Positions 13,301 through 25,300 of a stretch of DNA of 64,000 nucleotides are shown in pieces. The stretch is from Klebsormidium nitens (lineage: Eukaryota > Plantae > Klebsormidiophyceae). The stretch's first letter is position 1. Every line of letters starts with the position of its first letter. The position numbers and the translations under genes were made by a program. The DNA lies in NCBI GenBank assembly GCA_000708835.1, contig DF236987.1, forward strand, positions 186,001-250,000, written 5' to 3'. A model generated the notes under the pieces. The model ran no database searches. It worked only from the letters and a program-made list of their open reading frames with translations, and had not been told where the DNA came from.

Positions 13301-16300
13301 GCTTCAAAGGGTTTCACCGAAGTAACCCGTCCCAAGCCGATTTTGATAAGAAGCAAGAGCGGAGGGCTCCATGTTTCGCGCAGCTCCATATGCTTGGGCG
13401 TGCTAACTCGGTCTTAGCATACCTATTGGCGGCAAGCGACACATCATTTGACCGCCTATTTCCAAATAGGGTGTGAAAAGGGAGTTGTCACCTGCGCACT
13501 CAATGACTGGTATTGCAACTGATCCGGCTGTCTCGAATGGAAAGCGGACAACGAAAACGATACCAGAATTCAAATGTGGCTTTCCTTCCATCGGCCTGAT
13601 GCCAGGTTGCCCGGATCGAGCGCAGCCGGCGGTATCGCCTTGCCCCCACCAAGGGCGCGGATCCTCTGTCTGAGGAGCAGCTGGCGGCGTTCGCGGCTTT
13701 GGTACACGACCGCATGACCGAGACGGTCTACCCGACGCGGCTGACGTCGTTCGAGACGAACGTGGTCCCCGAGCCGGTGATCGAGGTCGACGTGATGACA
13801 CACGGGCGCAGGGCGCTGGAGGAGATCAACAAGCGGATGGGGCTTGCGTTTGATGACTGGGATCTGCAGGTGAGGCATTAGGGAATCCGATTTTGGAGCA
13901 GGTCGACGGTTTTGAACGTTGTCAAGTTCGGGTTTTGAGGTGGAGGAGTTGCGAGATGTGGCTTTAGAGTCTGGGCTGCTTGCTCTGGGGATTGTTTCGT
14001 TCTGCTAATCGGAAAGTCTGAGACAAGGTTCCTTTTGGTCCGCCTTTTGGATTGGACCGGTCATGTTTTGGTGGAAACCAAGGATGGAAAGTCTTGCACC
14101 GACCGGTACAATTTCCGATCGATGGTTGGATCTGTGAGCGCTGTTATTTGCGTGCGCTTCGATTCGGCCTTGAGTGGTCCTTATTTTGGAACGACGATCT
14201 GAGAGGTTCCGTGTGAGGGGGCTACTACACGTGTGTGAGGTTGTCCAAAGATTTTGCTGAGTAATTGCGAAGTACTGCTGCACTTCCAGGGACTGGTTGA
14301 TTGGCTGGAGGTTCTTAACAAATTTGTTTCAGTTCTCATTGTCTGGCGCTCGGTATCAGGTTTGTCGAGAAGTCCTAGCGCTGCTGATTGGCCCTGATTG
14401 TTAGAGTTCCTGGCTTTTCCCTCTGTGCCTGTACTGAGCTGAACATTTTAGGCACTGATGTCCTACATGCAAACATTTTTGTAAGTCGTCCTTTTGTCCG
14501 GTCCCTTGGGTTTCCGCAGCCAAGGCCTATTTCAGCAATTGCACGGGAGATAAATTATGCTCGCTTTCCTTGTCATGTGCAGTATTACTTGAAGCTGTTC
14601 AAGGAGGACATCAAGCGCAACCCTACCAACGTGGAGCTCTTCGACATTGCTCAGTCCAACAGCGAGCACAGCCGTCACTGGATCTTCAACGTAAGCCCCC
14701 AATCTGTTGTCAAATGATGGACTGCAAAACCGAGGGTGTTCACTGTTTCGTTTCTTATTAAAAGACGGTGACAACATGGATCAAGGTTTTAGGAAGGAAG
14801 TGTCCCCTTCGAGTCAGGGTGAGATACGTCGAGATCTTAGACTGCGACTGCAAGCATCCACTAGCGGGGTTCAGAACAGCGCGCCCCGCGATTGAGGTCA
14901 CAGCGCCGCGCCTGGGTTCGCCCGCTGACGATACAATGACGTAAGCCATCGTTCAAGGAGGAAAGGTCACGGAGAGCCAGGAAAATTGGCTGACTTTGCC
15001 CGCGTATCTACTGGCACAGGGAGAGCTTACAGTCGATGGTCAGCCCACGAAGGACACACTCTTCAGCCTCGTCAAAGACACCTACAAAGCGAACCCCAAC
15101 AACTCTGTCATTGCTTTCAAGGACAACTCAAGGTGAGAGGCGTTACCCGCTCTCGTCCGTATGGGCTTTCTACCTTCTGGCAGAGCTGGACCTCTTTGCG
15201 CTCTTTGCAAACGTTAAAGCTGTTTGATTAGTCGATTGCGAAGCATTGGTAGGCACTTACTTTCTTGATCCAGGTTGCAATTGGATTGAGCGGCCAGCTC
15301 TCAGCAGAAATATGTTCAGGGCAGATCTGGAGCCCCTTTTTGGACGATTGCGCGCAATCTACAGCTAGCAGGACGGTTGAAACGGAAGCCATTCAACGGG
15401 GCTTGCTGTTGGGAAAGGGAGGCCCTGCACGTTGCTCACGTGGCTCTCTGGCAACACGCAGCTCCTGATTTGTGCCTTTGTCTTCCTGCTGTATCACGCG
15501 CCTTTCTGAGGCAGGGACTTGGCTCATTGTTTGCCTGAAGGACCAGCCTCCTGATACTTTTGAAATCTGGTTGGCGAAGCTGAGCGCTGATGACGTCATC
15601 CTTGTGCAGCGCCATCCGTGGCTACCCCGTCGAGCCCATCCTTCCGACCACCCCCGGCAAGCCCGGTCCGTTGGACCTGCAGAAGCGCGACTACGACGTG
15701 CTTTTCACAGCCGAGACCCACAACTTTCCTTGTGCGGTGAGCCCAACTGACCAAAATGCTTCTCTGACCAAAGTCAGGTGTCTGGAGGATGGTGTGATTC
15801 CTTGGAGTCTGCCGTTGGATCGAACGCCTGCCTTCGGCTGCCTGTTTCGCTCTTGCATGCTGCTTATTGTTATTAAGGACATGCATCGGGGTACAGACCA
15901 AGTCGGTCGTCATGTCGCTCTAATCGCACATTGCTCGAATCACGAGACCCCTTTCATATTCTCCCACATCACTCCCTCTGGGACTCCTGCGCGCGGTGGT
16001 CTCTTTTTCTTGAAGGTCGATAGAGACACCGCCGTACACACACAAGAGTTCCTCAGCGGTTGCTATCACGACAGCATGTCCTCGGATCACCAAGTCAAGT
16101 TCATTCTCAACATCCAGGTCGCTCCTTTCCCTGGCGCCGAGACTGGCGCCGGGGGCCGCATCCGTGACACCCATGCAACCGGAACCGGTTCCCTAGTGGT
16201 CGCTTCCACCGCCGGCTACTGCGTCGGGAATCTCCAGATGGAGGGCAACGTGGCTCCCTGGGAAGACACCGACTTTGTGTACCCCCCGAACCTGGCGCCT

Positions 16301-19300
16301 CCACTTCAGGTGAGCTCCGATGCATCAACTTTTCCTGGGCCTATTGACTTATGCGTGATCCCCCAGCTGGACCTGCCTTTTTTTGAAGCAATGTTTTATG
16401 CAACTTTAATTTCTCAGACGCTGCCAATGTGCGCCCTCTTTCTTGAAAGGTTGCCGGAACCCTCTGTGTATCTGTTTTGTGATGATTTGAGGTCGTCATT
16501 CTGTTGGCGAGCCCCAAGAAGCCGATCTCTTCCATGCTCAAGCCTGTGTCTGAGCCGTCTTACCGACAATTTTAGCATCCCTGCTTTCTGGTCGTTTGAC
16601 GCCTGTCGCCTCGAGTGCAGTTTTGTGGGCGCAACCCCGCAATCGAAACTCGGGGAGTTAAGTCCTTATTTTCCTGGGGAAAGTTCGCCATGGTTTGGAC
16701 ACTAATGTTAGCAGTCAGGGCACCTAAGTCGTCGACTTGCAGTTCCTGCTTTCTCAACGCTTCCGCTTGATATCAGCGCGGCGTCTCCGTTAATGGCGAC
16801 AAAATTGGCGAGCCCTCGACACGCTGACAAGTTCGGCGTATCCTCGAGGGATCCCTTTGAAGCTACAAAGCAATCTTGTATGTCATATCTTACTCATTTT
16901 TGCAGATCCTTTTAGACGCCAGCGACGGTGCCTCTGACTACGGCAACAAGTTCGGCGAGCCGCTGATCCAAGGCTACACTCGCACATTTGGGATGCGCCT
17001 CCCTAACGGCGAGCGTCGCGAGTGGCTCAAGCCCATCATGTTCAGCGCTGGCATCGGCCAGATCGACCACCGGCACCTGGAGAAGGGCGAGAGCGACTTG
17101 GGCATGCTGGTTGTCAAGGTAAGGAGCATGGAAGTTATAACGGGAACACTGCCAGCCTTTCTTCTTTTTGTCACAGCCTCTGTTGTTGCCCTTGAAACCG
17201 TTGGCCGTGGGCTAACAAGGCGCTGCGCTCCGAGGCAGAACGTCGGTCCTGAGGTCAGCCCGAGCCGACAAGCTCTGCTGCTCGCCACTTGGGCGGGCCA
17301 GCGTTTTGGATCAGCTTCAGCGTGTCAGTTACCTCATCGGCACCAGGCTAAACATGGAATCTTTTCATTTACAAAACGGGAAAATGGGGAGCTGGTCCAT
17401 ATATAGTATGCGGAATTAACGGTTTCAAGGCGTGTAACTTGAAAGTCCAATCCGATATGCTGCTCTGCAGATTGGCGGACCGGCGTATCGGATCGGGATG
17501 GGCGGCGGCGCGGCATCGAGCATGGTGAGCGGGGACAACGACGCGGACCTGGACTTCAATGCGGTTCAGCGGGGAGACGCCGAGATGTCGCAGAAGCTGT
17601 TCCGGGTGGTCAAGACGTGCGTGGAATTGGGCGGAGAAAACCCGATTGTCAGCATTCACGACCAGGTACGTAACCAGCTTTCAACTCTGTTTCTTGCTCA
17701 TCCTTCCCGGCTGTTGTAGTACTTGTGGGCGCTTCTAACATTTTCAATCATGCATGGATTTGTGTTTTCATCAGGGCTTTATTGGAGATTGCAACGTGGT
17801 GAAAGAGGCCGAACTTCCCTTTTTGATTACCTCAATCGCACTCCTTCGGCTGCCCTATCGCTAGCTCCTTCAATCGTGTTCACGTTTGCTCTCAAACGGC
17901 GCTGGCGGCAAGTTCAACGTGGTGATGGATATTATCTATCTTAAGGGCCGAGCTTTAGCTTAAATTAAGTCAACTGCCTATCTTCGGCAGCCCTACCATT
18001 CCTCCTTTGCAGTTTCTCACGGCCTTGTCGTTGTTAGGGCGCTCGCGGCAATTGCAACGTGATGGAGAGGTTTTCTACCCAAGGGCGCCAAGCCCTCCTT
18101 TCCACCTGAAGTAAACTGAACGGAACTTTCGGCTGCCCTGTAGTTTTACCCCGGTTGGTTTATCACAGACCTGTCATTTTCTTCTAGTTTCTTGCGTACT
18201 TTTCCTCCCAGGGCGCTTGCGGAAATTGCAACGCGGTATAGGAACTTGTCTACACCAAGGGCGCCGATCTTTCATTTCCGGCCTAGCTCAAGCAAGTCTC
18301 CGCCACCTTCTGCGGCCGCCCGATTGTTACACCTTTGAAGTCTCCCATCGTTCTCTTTGCAGAGCGCTGGCGGCGACCGCAACCTGATAAAGGAGACAAT
18401 CTACCCCAATGAGACCCAATGTTCCTCTGACTTTCCTTCTCTCGGTCAACGAACCTTTTCGTAATCCTCCCTCTCTTTCTCTCTCTCTATACTCATCATC
18501 TCTTTTGGACTGCCAGGGCGCTGGCGGCAACTGCAACGTCGTAAAGGAGATCATCTACCCCAAGGGCGCCGAGATCGACATTCGCAAGGTCGTTGTCGGC
18601 GACCACACCATGTCCGTTCTTGAGATCTGGGGCGCCGAATACCAGGAACAAGACGCGCTACTTTTGCGGCCCGAGAGCGAAGCGCTTTTCCGCTCGATCT
18701 GCGTGCGGGAGCGAGTGTCGATGGCTGTGATCGGGCAGATCGACGGCAGCGGGAAGGTTGTGTTGGTGGACGGGAAGGCGCGGGAAGAGGCGCGGAGGAA
18801 CGGATTGCCGGAGCCGCGCCCGGCGGTCGACCTGGATCTGGATAAGGTGAGAAGAGAGACGCGTTTGGCGACGGCCTTTCTTGCTGAGGTGAAGATTTGT
18901 ATCTTTTGACGGATGGCTAGTGGTTTGAGGGCACTGCGGTTGGCGTTGGCGCCACACCCGGTGTTTGCCAAGAGCAGATATCACGTAGAGGGGCTGGAGA
19001 ACCCCGCACCTCAGGACAAGCCGAAGGACTCGTTTGTGAGCAGAGGCCGTTTGACAACGACCTTGCTCTTCAACTTCTTGAGCTTTTGGTATACTTGCTG
19101 GTGGGGATAGCGTTACAGAGGCACCCGGTGAAAGAATAGGGCCACCACCCGGGTTCTTTTAAACCGCGATCACGAATCCGACTGTCTTCATTCGTTTCCG
19201 CAGATGCTCGAGAACATGCCCGTGAAAAGCTGGTTTGGAGCTGACTCACCGCATCACTCACATCCACGGGTGTCTCGTCCCTCGTTCTCCCCCGGAGTAT

Positions 19301-22300
19301 TGCTATTGCTGTTGGATTCCGTCCTGACAGTTTCGGTTGTCTTTTTGGAAGTTGATCATCAACCCGCTAACATTCTCTCTTGGTGCAGGTTCTCGGTGAC
19401 ATGCCCCGCAAGAAGTTCAACTTCGACCGAAGACAAGACGCCCAAGAGCCGCTGGACATTGCCCCGAACGTGACGGTCTCGGATGCACTGCGGCGCGTCC
19501 TCAGGCTGCCAGCTGTCTGCTCCAAGCGGTTCCTTACCTCCAAGGTCAGTCGTCGTTATATCAGTTTTGCACTCTCGACTCTTGCTCCCGCTCAAAAGCA
19601 GCGTCTACTTGAAACGCCGCGCAATTCATGAATGCTCAGCATTCATGAGGAATAACATGGGTATGCTTACCAACTCTTCGAGCGTTGTCGTCACGAAGTC
19701 GTAAACGCCAAACCGCAATGTCCGTCTCATTCTTCCGACGCTGTCCCCTCATATTCATTTTGACTGAATCAATTATGAGCGACTCCCTACCAGTTGTCGC
19801 CTCACATGCCCAACTTTGCATTGGTCCCTCACTTCCTCGGCGATTTCGACATGGTCCAGCTTGTTCAGCGAGTCTCTCCGTCATGATTCCAGAAACAACG
19901 AATTCGAACTGTCGAAAGTGCGCTGACCCTTGCCCGTGACATGCAGGTTGACCGCAGTGTCACTGGGCTGGTCGCTCAACAGCAGACGGTGGGCCCGCTG
20001 CAGCTGCCGCTTGCTGATGTGGCAGTCATCGCCCAGACCCACGTGGGCACCACGGGGGGCGCGTGCGCGATCGGAGAGCAGCCGCTGAAGGTACGCGACT
20101 CAACACGATGTGCGGTGACTCGCCTGTCTGCCTGAAACGCCTTCCGTCCAAGTACTAAGGTTTTGTCAAGGTGGTTTTAGAGGAATCTTCCTAGTCGCAG
20201 CGTGCTGAGGATTGCTGAACGAGCAGCCCTTGTGGGGGCGATCTTACTTTAATTCTCAGTGACCGTCTGCCCACTTTGTGTACACATGGCAAAGCTTTCT
20301 GCCAAGTAGCTGGTGGAGCCGCAAACCCTCTGGATCGGCAATTTGTCCTGCCAGCCTGGAGTGTTGCACTTCGCAATTTTCGACACAAAAGTTTGCATTT
20401 TAAGCAGAGGCCACTCTTTGTTCGTTGAGTCTTGAATTGCAAATTTCATTGCCCCGAAGTGGGACTTTGGGCAACAACCAAGTGTGCAAGCGCTCCTTGT
20501 AAAGAAACTACACCGAGATCCGCAGTGGCAAGTGCAGTTTTATGAGCAGGTCGATGCTTGGCCATCTTGCAAGGTGTTGGAAGTTAAGGCCTTGGCCTGT
20601 CTTCTGCCGGCCGCGGCTCCAACCAACCTGGTTTTCGAACCCGTGCGCAACCTCGGGAAGTAGCAGTCATTATCTCAGCCAAGCTTACTGCTGTTCTTTG
20701 CTTAGTCCAACCTAAACCCACTTTTGCAGGGCTTGTTGGACCCGAAGGCCATGGCCCGCCTGGCTCTTGGCGAGGCGCTAACCAACCTGGTTTGGGCCAA
20801 GGCGAGCGCGCTGCAAGACGTCCGGGCTTCTGGAAACTGGATGTATGCTGCGAAGATGCCGGGCGAGGGCGCGGCGATGTTCGACGCGGCAAAGGCCCTG
20901 CGGGACGCGATGATTGAGCTTGGCGTGGCAATCGATGGGGGAAAGGACAGCTTGTCAATGGCTGCGCAGGTATGACCAATCTTGCAGCTATTGCAGCTTG
21001 AGTTCTACTTTCCAAGTTCGTTGACTGGTGCCCTTGGATAAGATGTTCTGAAGCACGGGCAGAGCAGACTTCGATTTCCCATGTTGCACCATTTTGCGTC
21101 GGAAAGGAAGATGCCCCCATCATCCTAGTCATCAAAGCTCGCTTTACTTGTCTTAATGGCTCGAAGTCGGGGATTGTCCTTCATTTTGAAGCAATGTCCC
21201 CGTAAGCGGCAAAGATACGTTGGGAGGCATTGGGCAAAACGATATCAGCGCCCAATGCAATTGCCTTGGCACCCGATAGGTCAACTCCCTGAAACAAACT
21301 TTGTTCTCATTCAAGAGTGACTCACATACCCTACGAAATGAAGGGTGACTCTCACACCCTCCCTAGTGATTGAAGGGTTACTCACATACCCTAGTGATTC
21401 AAGGGTGACTCTCACACACTCATTCGTGACCTGATTTGGCAATCACCCTGCAGGCAGGGAGGGAGACGGTGAAGGCCCCGGGCAACCTGGTCATCAGCGC
21501 TTACGTCACGTGCCCTGACGTCACGCTGACCGTGACGCCCGACCTGAAGCTCCCCGGCGACGGCGTGCTGCTCCACGTGGACCTGGCGCAGGGGCGGAGG
21601 CGGCTAGGGGGCTCGGCGCTTGCGCACGCTTTCTATCAGGTGTGCAAAGGCTTCACTTTCGAAAACTATTATGGTCTTCCTTAAGATGTGGTATATTCCT
21701 GGAAGTGGCAAAGGGGGTTGGGGGCGTTAGAATTGGTTCACGCTTGCTCCAGCTTCATTTCGTAGTCAAGCGGGTATGACACGGGCGGAAGCGGCGAGGG
21801 GGCTCGGCCCTTGCCCACGCCTTCTATAAGGTGCGTATAGATACCGTTTTATTATCCCCTTGAGCTTCTTCTTCCAGTGTTCAATGGACGGTTGTCAAGT
21901 TCTTATGCAAAGGAGGCCGCTGGGGGACTCGGCGCTTGCGCATGCCTTTTACCAGGCGCGCACTCATCTTCACTTTCCGATTATCAATTGACCTTAAGCA
22001 CAGTTTGATCAACTTGACGCACCCGATGAACTTTGTTGAATTGAGGCACCTCTAACGAGGATTAAAGAGGAGAATGTCGGCAGCGGTGCACACTGCTGGC
22101 AGATTTGGAATTTCTGGCAGCCTCCTTTTACTTTGTGGCAATCCCCGTTAAAAGCTTTTCATGCTTGTGTCTCGAGTGGACTCGGCGCAGAAGAGTATCT
22201 GGCGCGTCTTGCTGACACTGTCTTGTTGTCCGAACTAGATCGGCGACAAATCTCCGGATATGGACGACGTGGACCTCTTCAAGCGTGCCTGGAACGTGAC

Positions 22301-25300
22301 GCAATCACTGGTTCAAGAGCGCAAGATCTCAGCGGGCCATGACGTCAGCGACGGGGGCCTGGTGACCGCACTCCTCGAGATGGCGTTTGCAGGTTAGCGA
22401 GGGGACGGCTTGAACTATCAGTTTCCGGGTTTCTGTTGTTGCTGGTTAAATGTTTGTGAGATTAAATGTTTGTGAGCTCTGAAAGGAAACCCGTTTCTGA
22501 ATCTTTTTTCGTATCTGCTGGGTCCCGAAGGAAGAGCTTCCGTGCTCCCATTGGATAGCGTTCGCCAGTCAGTCACGGCGCTGTTCTTCCGGTGCCACGA
22601 TGTTTTTGCAGAGGAGCGATTACCAAAGCTGTCGCAAACTCGTGGTGGGCCAGAAGCTTTTAGAAATCCAAGTCTGGGCAAATACAATCGTAAAATCGCA
22701 AGTCGGGACGATTGAATGCCAATCAGCTCTGAGGATGGCCTTTAGAAAGATTCGTACCAGTACCAAGTGATTGATGAATGCTTCGAGACCGTAAACGAGA
22801 ATGAGTCACCCCGTTCCTCGAACGTTTGTCGGAGCGTTGGAAGGTGGGTCCAGTACCTCGCTTAACATGTACTGCATTTCAGTTGGCCGTCCGTAAATTG
22901 ACAGATTTATCAGCCTTCCGACATATAGTTACTGCTGGGCCAAAAGCAAACACATCGGATTTGCCATAGTGACACTTTCTGGCCGTTCTTCCCCCAGGCA
23001 ATGTGGGAATCGACGTCGACGTGCCAGCTGCCGCTGACGCCGATACCGAGGTGGACGAGCGGTTTGGCGCGCTGTTCGCTGAGGAGTTGGGCCTGATTCT
23101 GGAGGTTTCGAGCGGGGATGCAGAGAGTGTGGTAGCGGCGTTTGAGAAGGAGAACGTGCCGGTGACGCGGCTTGGGGGGGTGACGGCGGAAAAGGAGGTT
23201 AAGGTTAAGGTGGCTGGCGTAACCCAGCTTGAGGTGAGTAGAAAGTGACCTCTTCTATCCAGTCTTGTTCTATCTTTCTTGTCGAGTGCTTCGAAGATGA
23301 AGGTGCCGGCGAGGCGGCTCGGGGGGGTGACGGCAGAAAAGGAGGGTAAGGTTAACATTTAGCTGGAGGTGAGCAGAAAGAAACCTCTACAAAATCTCTT
23401 TTGTAATTCTGGCGCGTTGCTTCGTTGGAGAACTTGCCTTTGATGCCGGTTGTGGGGGCGTATCCTTAAGGAGATTGGAAATGAAGGTGGCTAATGTACG
23501 ACAGGTCAAGTTGTGGGAACAATTCGCCAGACCGAAGAATTGTGCGCTGTTCGTGGACGTCACAACGGCGTGAGTGGTTTTGCGTACAATTGTCCTTCAG
23601 ACTTCGGTTGAGTCCGAAGTTCTGACTCAATCTTAATTATATGCTCGGATGTGTTGACACAGTAGACTAAATACTGGTAGCAGCATCTCTTCTTTCTGTG
23701 GTTTATTCGGCCAGTATCCCTTCGCCTTTTCCGTGCCACTTTGGGAGTTCGAGACTCGATGACCGTGACATCAGCAATCAGGAAACGTTGGCGGGTTTGA
23801 TTAGGGTCGAGTTTTAAGTGAGGTTCTTTAGAATTCGTGTTACTGACAGCCACCATAGCTCCAGGACGTAGCTGCCGATTGAGGTCAGCATCTCATCTCT
23901 TCCATCTGTGCATGTCCTTTGTCAAGAAACTTCAGGATGGGGACGGAATTTGAAGATTGAGGGAGTGAGTTGAGTTGGACTTCCGTGTGGTTAAACCGGA
24001 ACGACGCTGAATTCCGCCCTGATGTCCCTCGTTCCATTCTTCAGGAGGAGACGGCGGCGCTGCGGGACCTGTGGGAGGAGACGAGCTTTGCGCTGGAGCG
24101 GTTGCAGCGGGTAGAGACAGTGGTGGAGCAAGAGGAGGGCGGGCTGAAGCACAGAACAAGTGAGCTGTTCTTGGTCTTGTCAAACAAGCGTGTTCGAAAA
24201 GCGTTGATAAACAGTTTTTTGCAGGCCTGCCATTGTAGACAATCTCTTCTTCCAGTACGTCGCCGCTTTTCGGAGGGTGCATCGCCGGTTCGGTTGGAAC
24301 AAGACGTTTCCGAAGGTCGACTTGGTCGTGCGAACCCCCCTGACGTGTGCAGCAGCATTCGTCCTAGGTCCAAAACCTCGACATCTATTGCCAGATTACA
24401 TTTGGCAACATTACCTGTCCGCAGCCATGATCAAACCCCCGGATGATACGCCCAAACCTTCCGCTTTCTGCATCTGATTTCTATTGGGCCGACTTAAACT
24501 TCCGGGATTGTGCACCTTCTTTTCTGCTATAGCTGCGATAGCAGTTGAGCTTTACGCCTGCTACACGCTAAACACTTTCGGAGTCCTTGTTTAAGGGGAC
24601 AACCCAAAGCTGCACCCTTTCTCTGACCTTCTACCGGCTCTCTCTCGCAGCGCCGCAATGGCAATTGAGCTTCACCCCGGCCAAGACGCCGGACAGCGTA
24701 ATGAACCAGACGTCCAAGTTCAAGGTGGCCGTCGTACGAGAAGAGGGCAGCAATGGGGACAGGGAGATGGCCGCGGCGGTGCGGGCAGCAGGTAAGAAAA
24801 TTCCTTCAGGATCCTGAAGTTGCACTACCTGGGATCACAAAAGCAGAGCATCTTGAATCCTGTAGACCTAGATTTACGTGCAGACCGAACCTTTCGTGAG
24901 ACGGCTCTGAAAAGCGCCGAGGAGTTGACGGATCGACACGTCTGAGGCCATTCAGGGTTTGAAAGAATTGGAGGCTGGAAAGCTGTAAGCAGGTTGAGAA
25001 TCTTCAAGCATCTGAAGCCATCTGCCGACTCAGTTCTGAGGATTGGAGTCCTTGCGGGCTTGACAGCTTTGCCGGATCCAAGCCTTCGAGCCCGAGCGTG
25101 TTCCGCCATGTGTTTTTTTCCACACGGACGATGTGTTCCTGCAGACCTCTCAAGCCGCGAAGCTCCTGCATCCTCGCATTTTGCCTGAGTCGGCCGTTAC
25201 TTCACGCTCTCGATCCTAGATTTGGTTTCGAGCGATCGTTGATAATCACACTCTGAATCAACCCACACTCTGGACTCCGCATAACTTTTTGTACCACCTT

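Noticed and set aside
15590-16705. 371-aa ORF as a separate gene
   Set aside because: It is two PurL exons joined by chance open intron sequence.
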